Positions 49,446 through 62,891 are shown, counted from the first letter of the stretch. The stretch: 64,000 nt of DNA from Phaeosaccion multiseriatum (GCA_965112735.1 OZ218954.1:3348001-3412000), one strand, 5' to 3'. Numbers and translations are program-made. The notes: generated by a model from the letters alone, not told the origin.

Positions 49446-50362
49446 TCATATATTCCTATGGGGCGCGACGAATTGATTGGGTATGGCTCCCTGGCTTCCC
49501 TTGACCGCTGCTGCCCCTCCCCCTCCTGCTATGCTGCCATGGGGGGATAGACCGGGCGAAATGACGTTACTGCCCTCCAGGAGGAGGCGGAGCTCAACGA
49601 TGAGGTCCCCCATTAGGACGTCTGAGCATGAGAGAGAGACAGCCACACAAGACGGACGTGCTCGCATGAGGGCATGTAAAAGCAGGTGGGGTGTATACTT
49701 ACGACCAAACAATTACAATTGTGTTTCAAGTATGAGAAAGTTCAACAGGAGCGTAAGCAGCGATTGATCATCCGTCCTCCCTTTCTTTTTGAGCCCGGTC
49801 CCCCCTAGCTAAGTGTGCTCACTCACCTGCTTTGGAGGTGTCTATGTTGCTGACGGGCATTTCATCCCCAACCTCTGAGTAAAAGGCTAGTATGGTATCG
49901 CAGTTGCCGCCCACGTCGTAAAAGGAGAAGAGATTCGTGCCACCACAGAGATGTGCAATGCTGCAGTCCGTCTGACCTAATGTCAGTGCTGGAGGAGGAG
50001 GAGAAGGAGGAGGAGGGGTCGTGAGTGTTCTACCATGCTCATCCTCCTACTCATCGGCTCCTTCCCTCCGACCCTGTCCCAAAACCCTCTCCTCCCCATC
50101 GACTGCCCTCCCTTCCCCTTGCCTCACCGAATTGCGTCGCTGCCCTCTTTAAGCTCGCTACTGCCTGGCACACTTCGTCCTTGGCTTCTGCCTGCTGGTG
50201 CCTCCCCTCCGAGAAGCAGCCAGCAATGTATCGCCCCTCCAGCGATACCAAGCAGGCAAAGTGGGTGCCCGGGTAGATCTGATCGATAGAGGCGATCTTG
50301 GCCCCCAGCTGCTCCGCCACAGTCGGCCCCATGCCGCTGCTCTTGCGGCAACACCACGCCAT
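49446..50362 (-). CDS. Small hypothetical protein with possible roadblock/LAMTOR or profilin-like fold; exons 50362-50128, 49988-49827, 49621-49446
   Basis: Phase-compatible GT-AG splicing gives MAWCC..FACLVSLEGRYIA..AVASLKRAATQFALTLGQTDCSIAHLCGGTNLFSFYDVG..ILAFYSEV..ADVLMGDLIVELRLLL; fold call is inferred from the alpha/beta pattern. Confidence 0.72.
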
Positions 50363-50985
50363 GTTGTCTGTCTATCTGATAGGCCCCTCCTACTTCTGCT
50401 GGCGTGGGGCCTATCCCTCCCGCCACGTCCTGTACCTCGTAGATGCGTCTTCCCTACTGTTTCATGATCATCTCATCCACTCAAGAAGGGGGAAAGGAGA
50501 AGAGAAGGGAGAAAGAAGAAGAAAGGTGTGATGGGTGGAGAGGGAAAGGAAAAAAATGGCGAAAAAATCGAGGCGGACGCGCAGCACAGATGGCAGCAGA
50601 GGGTCGAACAAAACATCAACGACAAACACCCACCTTTTCTCTCCTCGTCTTTCCACACCAGCTCAGAGTCTTTGAACTCCCGCGGGCTTACCGGGACATT
50701 CAGAGGTATCGCTGCCCTAGAGAGGAAGAGAAAGCCTTAGAGGGGCAAAGGTTGAGCTTGTTGAACGCAGGGCGGGGATCTGCCCGGAGGATATCCCGAG
50801 GGCAAGGAGGAGCAGCAGCAGTGGTACCAGGCTCTCCATCGGGGACATCCAGCAGTATCATCCGACGCAGTAGCAGCAGGAATAGCAGCAGGAGCGTGAG
50901 GGAGGGAGCCGGAGGAGAACCGAGGGACAGAATAATTTCCCGGGACAACGCGAGGCTTTTAAAGGCGCGACAGAATAGCAGCAAC

Positions 50986-52323
50986 ATGGCGCAGCTTGTC
51001 GAGCAGAAGCAGCCTGCAGGGGGAAGAGGGGCAGGCTACGGCCTGGACGCTGCCCTGGCGCAAAAGCGAGAGGCCTGCTACGATATGGCGGACGAAGGCG
51101 AGGTGCGCAAGTGGATTGAGACGGTGATTGGCCAGACGCTGGCGTCAGTCATGGGGCTGGAAGACGGGGAGGAGATTGCATTCGGACCGGCGCTGAAGAA
51201 TGGGGTTGCGCTCTGCAAGGTGATCAATGCCATCAAACCGGGGAGTGTGCGGAAGATCAACGAGTCAAAAATGCCCTTCAAGCAGATGGAGAATGTCTCC
51301 CTATTCCTCAAGGGATGTCGGGCGGTGGGCGTTCCGGAGCACTCGCTCTTTGAGACCGTCGATCTCTACGAGCAGAAGGTGTGTACATATATATGTGTGT
51401 GAGAGAGAGACACACAGAGAGGAAAAGAGAGAGAGAGGACTCACATGTCTTTTCGCTTTGCTGTTGCCCTTCCCCCCCCCCCCCCCAGGACATGGGGTTG
51501 GTGGTCACGTGTCTGTACGCCCTGGGCAGCGCTGTGCAGGCCACAGTGCCGGAGTTCGAAGGGCCCCACCTTGGAGCCAAGATGGCCACTAAGAACGCCA
51601 GATCGTGGACGGCTGACCAGGTGAGTTGGTAGTACAGCAGCAGGAGCAGGAAGAGGAGGAGGAGGAGGAGGAGGAGGAGGAGGAGGAGGAGGAGGAGGGG
51701 GAGGGGGGGGAGGGGGGGGGGCGCTCTCATTTACGCAGCATGCAAGCACATACTTTCGAATATCTGTGCAGCTGTGCCTCTCCGCACCTCTCTTGACCCC
51801 TGTACATGTATCCCTCTATCGTACCCCTGACTGATGTGATGTACCCCCCTGCACAGCTCGCCAAGTCGAAGCAGGATGCGGCAGGATCCACCAAACTTCA
51901 CGCAGGCAGTGCCGGTATTATGGAGCGGCCCACAATCACCAAGACTGGCATTACCATGGGGGCAGAGTATGCAGGTGAGGAGGGTGAGGCAGGCAGGCAT
52001 ATGGGCAGGCAGGAAGGCAACAAGCATGGGCAGGCGGAGGAGTATGGGTATGGAGGGTGCATGATTCAGGAAGAGGAGTGGGAGGGAGAGAAGGAAGGGC
52101 GCGTGAACCGAACGCAATGAGGGTGCCCACTATGTCATTGACTTGCAACATGTGTGCTGTCTGTGTGGTGTGTGTGCGTGTGTGTGCGTATGTAGGTACG
52201 GGCGACTCCAGCGTCATGACCAAGGGAGCGGCTGGTAGTTCCGGCATCATGGAAAGGCCGACAATCAGCAAGACGGGTATTACCATGGGAGCAGATTCAT
52301 CAGGCCCGCCTATACATAGGTAG
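50986..52323 (+). CDS. Calponin/transgelin (myophilin-like) single CH-domain protein; exons 50986-51378, 51489-51620, 51857-51974, 52196-52323
   Basis: GYGLDA, KWIETVIG, LKNGVALCKVINAIKPGSVRKINESKMPFKQMENVSLFL, LFETVDLYEQKDMGLVVTCLYALG, GPHLGAKMATKN. Confidence 0.93.
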
Positions 52324-54045
52324 TCAGTCGTCGGGTGGGGGCTGGGGAGGGAGAGAGAGAGGGACGAGAGAGAGAGAGAGAGAGAGGTCTAGATAGGGAG
52401 AGGGAGAGTACATGGTGGAGTGATGGCATGAGGGAGTGAGTAAGTAGTCAAGCAAGTTTTGTGAGTCAAGAAGGCGTCGGGGCACACCAAGTAGTGTTTA
52501 CATAAGGGAAATGTGCAGCTCACGGGAGGGTGGATGGGGGTAGGGGGCTGCCCAAGCGCACGTAGGGGTGGGTGGGGGGTGGGGGGACCTAAACGTACCT
52601 GGCTTCAACGAAGGGAACGGCGGTTCGTTTGGCGGGCAGCGGCCCCCCCGAGTGGGTCTGGCGGCCTGAATACGGCACTGACGGGAGGCATGGAAATGTG
52701 TCCGTCAGTGACTGTGCGCTCATCTACGCTCTGGCACGAGTGGTTGTATGGTGTTCAGCATGGTAGCGGAGAACCTCTCCACGGGAACTGTCGACAGAGG
52801 GAACGGTTGGGGGGGGGGGTGGGAGGGTGACGCGACGAGGGCGACCGAAGAAGGAAGCATCACACCGAAAGTGCCCCTTTGAACAAATACATGTCCATGT
52901 ATACTGGAGCGCTTCTTTGGGCCACCCTTCTTCTCTCTTTTGGTGCACAGAGGGTGGTGGTGGTGAGCGACCCAGCCAGGGCGGGTGCTTTGCATGCATG
53001 CCACCCCCCTCGGGCATGTCCAAACTCTGTAAAAAGGGCTGAGTGCTTTACTTCTTCTCCCTGCCCGACCCGACAGTGTGTCTCTGTCCTCTGGGGAGTG
53101 GAAAGCAGTCTTCGACGCGCACCAGAGGAGATGAACGGTCACCCAGAGCACACGCACGTGTACGATAAGAAGCGCTTGATGAAGATGACGTAGTCACGTC
53201 GTCACGTCCTCTGCTAGACGGCAAATCTTTCATGTTCGCCAGCAGTCTACAGGGATTGTAGCAGGATCGAATGTGACGTGTTCACTACTAGCTGCGTACG
53301 TTACGTGTTGCTTGTGCTTGGGCTGCTTGGGCTGCCTCCAAGTGCACCTCGATGTGGAGGAAAGAGAAGGACCGAGGCTGCGAGCGACGGCTTCCGACGG
53401 CTTTTGCAAATGCCCGGAGGGCAGCAGTGGAGGACGCCAGCGACAGCTCTTGTCGGAGCAAGGGGCAAGCAAGCCTCCTCCTGGGAGGAAATGAGGGTCG
53501 GAGGCCGAGCGACGGAGAACGAGGAGGGCAGCGAGTGACTCGCGCAGGGACTTCTACGCAAGGGGAGGGAGGCACCTCGACCAAGACATGTGCAGCCACG
53601 TCCGGTCGGGGAGGGGGAGGGGGGGGCTGCTGGGGATGCCAGAGGGCGAAATCTCTCGTCGTTGCCACGTGTGGGTACGCAGCGCTCAGCTTGGGGGTAC
53701 CTTCCTTCATACTCTCAAGGGAGAGGGAGGTAGCCTCCCCCACATCTTCGACTTGAACAAGGAGAGCTCCGTAGACACATGGGCACTGTCCCTCTCCTGG
53801 CGAAGTGCGGAGGTCTGCTGGTGCCCAGCCCGGCCAATCGCTCGACTGCTCTCATTACAACCTTGTATATTTTCATTACGCTGAAAGGTTTGTCTGTGAC
53901 CACCAAGCAGCGCAGCCCGTTTGTGAATATGACACGCCTCAGCTCAGTACTTACATCAGTTCCGCCGGCGTGTCTCGTCCTTGCTTTCCAGCCTTATTTT
54001 TCTCTATGTATCTACCTATGTATCCATCTAGTCTTCTATCCCTTG

Positions 54046-54158
54046 TCACAAGCAAGGCCTCACAATTGGCGTGGGCGCATGACCCATCACCACCATGTCC
54101 AGACCCAGTTGAAGGTACCTGAAGGAAGCCGATGAACCAAACCGAGTTAGACAGAGGT

Positions 54159-54199
<41 letters not shown>

Positions 54200-55238
54200 T
54201 TGCAACACTCGTGCTATGCACCATTCGCACCACACCAAACCTCACCACACCACACCACACCACACCACACCACACCACACCATACCACACCACTCGCACC
54301 TTGGTTTGTCCAGAGAGCCGAAGGCGCACCCCTCGTCACTGCCCCCCTCCAGGATCTTGTAACCGCCCACCAAGGAAGGGATGATCGTGGTGATCACCTG
54401 TGTGTGTTTGGTGCAGCGAGGGGAGGCGAAGAACGAGAACAACAATAAAAAAAAAACTAAACATGAGAAAAGAACAGTACGAAAAAGAAAAGGAGGAGGA
54501 GGAGGAGGAGGAGGAGGGAATTCGTGTGGGGACGACACCGATGATCTGCTCGTCTTTGGCGCAGCGAGGGGAGGAGGATGCCTCCCTCCCTACCTTCCTT
54601 CCTCCCTCCCTCTTCTCCCCTCCCTCACCTTGTCCACGCAGCCCCCCCTAAGGAAGGAGGTGATGATGTTTGCTCCACCCTCCACCATGACGCTTCGGAA
54701 ACCCATGTCCCAGAGCTTTGCGAGGCAATCGCCGATGTCGCAGTAGTGGCTCTCTCCTCCTTCCCCCTCCTCCTCCCCAGCACTAGCACGCATACTGTCC
54801 TCAGGACTAGCACTCGTACTGCTGCGGGGCTGACGCTACACGGATCAATATCGATGTCGAGATTGATTTGGAAGGAGGAGGGGGGGGGAGGGTGGGAGGG
54901 CGTCCCCGGTGAGCGAAACCCCGGTGGGCAAAGCAAAAAACAACAAAACAACAAAAAAGGGGGGTACGGGGTTCGGTAGACTGGGACGATAGCCTGTAAA
55001 ACACAAGGCAATACAAAAGGACTTCGCTCAACGCACCTCGACAGTGTTGCAGTGGACCAGAAGGTGGCCGGGGTGCTGCGATGGGCCAAGGGGTTGGGTT
55101 GTTGTACGACACCAAGCAAAGGGGAAGGAGCCGAAGAGTTGTTGCAAAGCACCGAGTCAAGGGGGACGGGTGAGGGTTGGTGTGTGAGTGCGTGTTTGTG
55201 CGCGTGTGTGCGTGTGCTGGTGTTTGGGTGCGTGCGTG

Positions 55239-55281
<43 letters not shown>

Positions 55282-55918
55282 ATTGATTGCCTGCCGCCAC
55301 GCCGCATCTGCCCCGAGCTTCTGCTCTCTCCCTTTACCCTCTCTTTGCCCTGCCCACGTCGCCCTGCCTCCTCTTCTCCTCTCTCTCTCTCTTTCTCTCT
55401 CTCGCTGCTCTCCAACCTTACCCTCTCTCCTCCCTCTCCGCTCTGCCCCATGGTGAAGGCTGCCTTTGCCCTCTCCTTGAGCCATGTCCTTGTGCGATCA
55501 GACAGAAGAGACGTGAAGATGATGGGTTGTTGAGCGGTCATGGAGAAGGGCAGGGACAGATTGGCCTGTGTGTCGAGCCATTGGAGAGAAAGAAAGAGAG
55601 AGAGAGAGAGAGAAAGAGAGACAGAGAGAGAGGGAGAGGAGAGAGAGCAGAGAGAGAGAGTGAGAGAGAGAGGAGAGAGAGGAGTGAGAGTGAGAGAGAG
55701 AGGAGGGAGAGTGTGTGTGAGAGAGGGAGGGAGAGAGAGCAGAGAGAGAGAGTGAGAGAGAGAGGAGAGAGAGGAGTGAGAGTGAGAGAGAGAGGAGGGA
55801 GAGTGTGTGAGAGAGAGGGAGGGAGAGAGAGGGAGAGGAGAGGGACAGATAGAGCACGACCCATGGACAGGCAGTGTAAGAGCAGGAAGCAGAAGGGGTG
55901 GAGCGGGTACCGTGATAT

Positions 55919-55954
<36 letters not shown>

Positions 55955-57291
55955 GCACAAGTACGCAACAACTCACACACTCTCATCCTCACGTACCTCT
56001 TCGACAAAACAAGCCAAAAACAGACAAAAGTGTGCCTCTTCAGACCTTTACTCATTCTCATCCTTCCCCCCTCACCTGCAAAATGACTGGTCTCGGATGC
56101 TTCTGTCGCTGTCGCGCATCCTCGCACTCTCCATCTGCTGCCATCCTGCCCCCTCCACTTCTGCCCTCCTCATCCCCATCCGCCCCTCCCCACCCACCCT
56201 GGTCCTCCTCTCCTGCGCTCTCCCTCTTTCTCGTCCTCTTTCTCGTCCTCCTCGTCCCCGCCTCCCCACCCCCCGCCACGCACTTCCACTTGCGCACGTT
56301 GAGCTCAGGATCGTCAGTTTCTATCGTCCTCGCACCGACCAAAATGGCGTCGTGCACCTTCGTGAGACAGACAGACAGAGAGGAGAGAGAGAGAGAGAGA
56401 GGGAGAGAGAGAGAGGGAGAGAGAGAGAGACAGAGAGAGAGAGAGATAGGGAGAGAGAGAGAGAGGCAAAGACAGAACATAAAGAAAAAACGCAACACCA
56501 TGCCGTTGTAGTAGTAGCCCGTCACTGACTGACTCACTGCCATCCCCCTTCCTTCCTTGCTTCCTTCTTTCCTTCATCAGGTCCTGACTGACTGGCTGGC
56601 TGACTGACACCACGCACCCACTGACCTGCCTTAGCCCGTGTGTCATGACCTGGCTATCCTGTCCACTTAGGGCGATGGGCGTACCATCGCTGCGTGAAAT
56701 GCTCCCGTCGAGGGTCTGTGCCCACGTCAGCGTCACGTAGGGTCGGCGCCGACTCCATCGCCGCTCCATATCCTCCCTCTCTTCTGATGGTTGTGATGAG
56801 GATGGTGATGATGACGATGAGGATGAGGATTTCTCTGTAGTGGCCGCTCCCACCGCCATCGAGTCCTCCAGTCTCTGCATCTCCTGACAGTGTTCCTCAA
56901 TCTCTCTCTGTATGCCCCCCAGAATCTCTCGTTGCACCAGCTTCTCCACCTCCATCCGCCTCCTCCCTGCCTCTCCCCCTCTTTCTGCCCCTTCCCGCAC
57001 TCTATCCGACGACAGCGTTGCTGCTGATTTATGCTCTTCTTCTTCTCTCGCTAATGTCGCTGTCCCGCCTCCCCCGCCCTGCTCTTCTTCCAAAATCCCT
57101 CCACCACCACGATCACCACCAGAACCACCAACAGCAGCAGCCGCCGCAGCCGCCACCGCGCCTCGTTCCTCTCTCACTCGCTTTGCACTTCTCATCCGGC
57201 CTCTATTTGTGCGACCGACTTCGCTGCTACCATGGGCTGTCCACCTCAAGAGGCAGAGAAGCACCAGCCCTTGAAGTTCCCTGAGGATCAT
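54046..57291 (-). CDS. RibD C-terminal / RIB7-type pyrimidine reductase domain protein with N-terminal signal-peptide-like segment; multi-exon, internal exons approximate
   Basis: RPYVTLTWAQTLDGSI, SQVMTHGLRQVHDAILVGARTIETDDPELNVR, PRPVIL, GFRSVMVEGGANIITSFL, VDKVITTIIPSLVGG, YLQLGLDMVVMG. Confidence 0.87.
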
Positions 57292-57953
57292 GATGCTGGT
57301 GATTACGGAGGGTGCGTTCCCTTCCTCTAAAGCATATCTATCTCAACTACTACACGACTTATCTGAATAAGCGCTTCTCCAGGCATCGCTAAGGTTAGGG
57401 GAGATCGTGCATCGTAGATGGTGTGGTGTGGGGTGGAGGCAAAATGAAGGTGAAATTGAAACTTTACTTTCGGGAGCGTCGCCATTTGGAGCAGAGACTC
57501 ATCGCGGGAGGAAGTTTTTTTTCTTTTTCACGTTCGGCCGATCGTCATTCAAGAGAAGTGCAGGTGCTGCGCAGCTACTTGTGCTGCCGCGCTTGCTTCT
57601 TCTCTTCTGCGTCACGCCTCTAGGCTTGAGACTCCCATCTGTCAGGGATTGCAGCAGCGGCGCCGAAGGGAAGAGATTGTTGTTGCATCATGTGAGTGAA
57701 GACGAAAGGGGAGGAAGGTGAAAGAGAAAGACAGAAGCAGGGAGAGGGGAGGGTTTCTCTTTCACTCGAAGGAGTGGGATGCTCTCGTGAAGATGCACGG
57801 CAGAGATCCTCTGGCGAGTCTGCCACTGGTCTGCCATTCCTTTTCGAGCAAGAACATATTGTCAACTGTGGGGGTTGTTCATGTAATGGTGTGACGGACG
57901 TCTTTGTGGTGCTTGTGGCGTGCACATGGAGGGTGGCTGAGCCTGGCACAGCC

Positions 57954-58260
57954 ATGAAATCCAGCTCTTATTCTTTTCGGACGGGCGAGTGGTTTGCTTC
58001 TTCTTCTTCTCATGTGCCGCCTCGCTCCTCCCTGAAAGTACTTCGTGCGAACCCTTACCGTGCATGCACTCTCCTTGCTCTGCTTCTTGTTCGTCCTCCC
58101 TTTCCCCGCGAACCGAAATTCTCCGCAGTTCCAGAAGCAGCAGCAACAGCAGCAACAGCAGCATCAGCACCAGCCACGAATCAACACTACACGACTTCGA
58201 CACCAACAGACACCTTTTCTTTCTTTCACAATCAACACCATCGCCCCTCGCATCAAGACT

Positions 58261-58295
<35 letters not shown>

Positions 58296-59044
58296 CATGT
58301 CCTCGTCGCCATGCCTCGCGTTGGTGCTCTACACGCCCTCCTCCTCGGCCGACAAGAAGAAAAAGAACAACAACAACAAGAATAAGAACCAGAACAAGAA
58401 GACCTTCCACCTGCCTAGCGAGCTCCTTCCCCACATCATGACCTATATGGACGCCTCTTCGCTCTGCCTCGCTGGCTCGGTGTGTCACACGTGGAGGGCA
58501 TGGGCGGAGGAGGATCATTTGTGGGTCCAGCTCTGCTGGAAGACATGGGGACTGAGAGGGGACTCCTTCGCGCCGCCTCCCGACCCGACCAAAAAGCTCT
58601 ACCAGATGCACTACGGGTCGCTGAGGGCGATGCTCTTCAATGGTACGGACGTGTCGCACAGTGTGTGTTTTGTTTCCCGCCGAGTACACGTGTTTGTTTG
58701 TTTGTTTGTTTGTTTGTTTGTTTGTTTATTGAAGGAGCCATGTTGTGGTGGTGGTTCAGAGTCTTCACCCCCACCTCTCCCCCCCTCATCCCGCTTGACG
58801 ATCAATCAATCAATCAGTCAACCAATCAATCGCCGTTTTCCTCGTACTAGACTACCCTGCCCCACCCCACCCTTCCCTTGCCTAATGGTACCCCACCCAA
58901 ACCTTACCCTTTTCCCTACCCTATCCTTCCCACTACCCAACACACACAGACAACAGCAGCGGCACTGGAAGCTGCTGGGGCAAGGCGCAACCCTCCGTCC
59001 CGCGGAGCACAGCCATGCAGGCCATTGCAGGAATGGCCTTCTGA
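57954..59044 (+). CDS. F-box protein; exons 57954-58037 (tentative), 58129-58642, 58950-59044; alternative start at 58297
   Basis: LPSELLPHIMTYMDASSLCLAGSVCHTWRAWAEEDHLWVQLC is a classic F-box. Confidence 0.8.
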
Positions 59045-60251
59045 GCCGCCGTTACAGTTTCAGCTCATTAGACAGATCCAGAACAAAGCATGGGTAGGGG
59101 ATGGCAGTGGATGGCAGTGGATGGCACTGTAGTGTGTAGGGTAGGGGATGGCCTTGGATGGCAGTTGATGGTACTGTAGTATGAAGGGAGGGGAAGGTAG
59201 GAGGGAAAGGTGGTATTGAATGTGTGTTTGTCTGTGGGACTCAACTGCGGGCCCAAAGCGTGGGAGCAGTGACTGTAAGTACGTTAGTGTGTGTGTATGT
59301 GTTTGTGTTTGTGTGTGTTGCACAGAGGAGAAGCGTTTGCTCATTGAAGGGAAGGCGGGGGAGGGGGGAGGGGGGAAGGGAATGCAAAGAGACGAGAAGA
59401 CGACGGGGCAGGACAGCAATGCAAGCAAAGCAAAGCAAAGCAAAGCAAAGGAAAGGAAATCAAAGCTGTCGATAGAGGAAGGACAACAAAACATGAAGGA
59501 AGGAGAGCAAAGTAAGGGGATCAAAGAAGGAACTTGCACTTCTGGGGTGCTGGTCAGGAGGGATGGCAGTGGATGGTGGGGGGAGGGAGGAGGATCAGGT
59601 GCGGGGGGCGTGCTGGTGTGTGTAGGGTATGAAGAGTGCGGTGTGAGTAGAGTAAGTGATGAGTGGAGGGGAGGAGCGGGTTAGGTAGATGGAGAGTAAG
59701 AGTGAGAGTGAGAGAGGTTTGAGTTTGCAAAGGGAGTAACGAGGAGGAGTATGGACAAGGGAGGGGAAATGAGGGCCCACTCGAAGCAGAGCTGGAGCTG
59801 AGGACCTGTGAAACGAATAGAGAGACAGAGACAGAGAGAGAGGGAGAGACTACATGTACCTACGCCAATCGCTCGGAGCCCACTTTACGCGTGGATAGTG
59901 AGTAGTGCGTAAGTTGTACTCTTCCTTACCTAAATGAAATCTATCTCATTGCTGCACACAACAATGACAAAAGACTCACCCCCCCCCTACACAATGCAGT
60001 GAAGCTGGGTCAGTCCGTTCTCTTTTATTTCTTCATTATAAATACGTATTATAAAACACTAAAGTCTCTACATAAACCCCATGGCTTATTAAGTCAGAGT
60101 CCTATGGGGTAGCGGAAGCACGGCCTACTAGACCCAAGCCGAGCTCGGGAGGGAAGAAGTAAAGACCCAAGACGGACGGATAGAGACTCGCGCCGCAGCT
60201 GGTTGGTCGCTCAGCAGGGTCACCCTCGAACACCACCCATAATGGATACTG

Positions 60252-60343
60252 TACATACATACATACATACGTATACATACATACATACATACATACATAC
60301 ATACATACATACATACATACATACATACATACATACATACATA
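60252..60343. repeat. (TACA)n microsatellite downstream of PTPA
   Basis: Visible. Confidence 0.9.
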
Positions 60344-60502
60344 CCTTCCCCTCGACCCCAATAGGAGGAGGTCGCGTTCGACCCATAAAAAAAAAGAGCC
60401 CGAATGCAATGAGTGTCCTGTGTTTCATCAGTCCACCCCCCCCCCCCCCCTTTACGCTATTTCCGTAGAGCTAATCGCCGCATCGTATCTCTAAGCCTGT
60501 CC

Positions 60503-62891
60503 CTACTTCCCCCGCCCTCCTCCCTCTTCTTTCTCCTCTTTATCCTCCTTCTCCTCCTTTTGCTGTCCTTGCTTGGCCCACGGCGCTCTCGTCCCCACCA
60601 GATCACCAACTGCTGCTGCTGCTCTACCGCCACCAACTGCTCCTGACGCCAACCCTCCCCCGGGAACAACCCCCCCTCCCTGTCTCCCCGCTCCCTCACC
60701 CACGCCTACACCCATGCCCGCACCCACGCCCGCACCCACACCCGCGCCCACGCCTGCATCCTTCGCCCAGGGAGCCTTCGTCACCACTGCCCCGCCGGGC
60801 CCGGGCATGGGAGGAGAGGCTGAGTTGGCATGCCGACTCGGAACCCACGTGCAGGGGAAGAGGGAGCCGAATTCAAAGTGCTGAATGACGGGGAGCTTGC
60901 CAATCACCTCTCCTTCATAGAGGCGGAGCAAGCCCGCGTTGACCCGGGTCCATGAGGGCATACCGGAAATGTCGTTAAGCATCGGGCACGCCTTTTGTGG
61001 GTGGGCAGGCGTGGGGCAGTTGGTGATACAGGAAGGAAGAGAAGGAGGAGGAGGAGGAGGAGGGGGAGGAGGAGGGGGAGGAGGAGGTGAGAGAGGTATC
61101 AATGAAGACGAGAGAGAGACAAGCACACAAACAGAGAATGGCGCCTACGTAAGCACACGTACCTCTCCAAAAGGCGCCCCGTGCTTGATGGTCTTGATGA
61201 ACTTGACGGCTTTGAAGTACAGGTACGCGTGTTGGTGCTCCTCCAGGACGGCATCGTCGTGGATCACAGATGGGCTGAGAAGGCTCATGTTGGGGGTTCC
61301 CCCCGGGGGGGGATGGTGGTCACGCTGATAAGGCTTCAGCAAAGGCGCGTCTGTATCACCAACTACTGTAGACCCGCTACTGCCCCTGCTGACGCCCGTG
61401 GCCTTCTGCTCCTCCACCTCTTTGCCTCCCCCCCCGCCCCCCTCCCCTCCTCCTCGAGTGCCACCGCCGCCACCACCACCACGAGCAGCAGCAGCAAAGT
61501 CCAGCTGAGAGCTGCCCCACAGGAAGGGCAAGCAGTGATAGTCATCCAGCCCCCACACCCCGTGGCTGCCTGCCGGCTCCAACATGTACACTGTCTGCAG
61601 ATGCCCCATGACTCGGAGGTAGGCAGCAAAGGCCTCGAGCACAACTGCAGTGAGGTCGGCAGGCTTGATCACCTGGGGAGGGAGGGGTTGGTTGGGTGGT
61701 TTGGGTTTGGTTGGTTGGGGGTGGGTGAGTGAGGTTGGTAAAATGACGTGTTTCTCTCCCCCTGTTTGCATCTCTTCTCTCATGTCTCTCTGAGTCCCTA
61801 TCTCTATCCTCCTCCCTCCCTCCCTCCTTCCCTCCTTCCCTCCCTCCCTCCATCCATCCATCCGCTCCCTCCCTCCCTCCCTCCCTCCCTCCCTCTCTTC
61901 CCCCCCCTCCCTCCAAGCACCTGTAGTTTGAATAGGCACAGAAGGAACACAACAAAGGTCGTCTCGTGGCCCGTTCCGTAGTCGATTCTCCTCTCGTTGC
62001 CAAAGCTCGTCGTGAGATAGGGGATGAGCTCCACGGAGGCCCCCAGAAGAGCCTCAGGGGAGGGAGGAGGAGGAGGAGGAGGAGGAAGAGCGGGGGAAGC
62101 ACTACTCGGACCAGCAGCAGAGTCAGTGTCGAGATGGAGAGGAGCAAGGAGGCAGTGAAAGAGTTAGTCCGGGGCAGGTATCTATAGTCTATGCACGTAC
62201 AGCAGGCAGCAGCAGGAGGAGGTGTGGGGTTTCAGGAAGCAGCCTCCTTCCCTCCCCATGAGCAAAAACAGGCAGGCACCCCCCCTCGCTTTACCACAAC
62301 CTACCCGATCTTCATGTCCTCCACAGCGCCGCTAGGAAGAATGGAACTGGCGCCCTCCTTCGACTCAGAAGCAACAGCACTTTTCTCCTCCGCCTTCTCG
62401 TCCTTCTCCTCCTGTCGCGACGCGTCAAGAGAGGTGGTGAGCAGTGAGGCCACCATGCGTGGGGCTTCCTTCACCAGGCGCTGGTGCCACGCCACAAAGG
62501 CCTTGTTGCCAAACCGCATCGGCTGCTGCACCGGAGGGATGTCGTCGACCCAGCTCTTCAGCTCCTCTAGAATGGTGCAAAGCTGGCCGACGACGGGGCT
62601 CGTGTGGTAGGAAGAGGAAGCTGCTGAAGCCGCTGAACCTGACCCTTCCCCTCCCTCCCTGCCCTCTCCCTCTCCTCCTCCTCCTCCTGCTGCTGCTGCT
62701 GCTGCTGCAGCTGCTCCTGTCTGTCGTGCTCGGCCCTTCGCAGCCTCATTGCAGAGCCTCACAAAGCGGAGCAGCTCGGCGTAGGTGGGCGACTTTGTGA
62801 AGGCTCGAAGATCCTCCGCCGTGAAGATGGCTCGCGCCGGGACCTTCCACTCTCCCTTCCTGCCGTCGCCTCTTCCACTCGGAGAAGGCAT
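60503..62891 (-). CDS. PTPA: Serine/threonine-protein phosphatase 2A activator (PTPA/RRD); exons 62891-62305, 62101-61921, 61672-61163, 60991-60503
   Basis: IPPVQQPMRFGNKAF, SFGNERRIDYGTGHE, YMLEPAGSHGVWGLDDYHCLPFLWGSSQL, PMLNDISG, GLLRLYEGEVIGKLPVIQHFEFGSL. Confidence 0.96.

Noticed and set aside
52500-54000. Several overlapping ORFs between calponin and the RibD-C gene
   Set aside because: No coherent exon chain or family motif; might hide an extra 3' exon but unsupported.
25132-62891. Functional cluster of PP2A genes (B56-like and PTPA), or of actin genes (ARPC2 and calponin)
   Set aside because: Separated by 30-50 kb of unrelated genes; co-location is compatible with chance.
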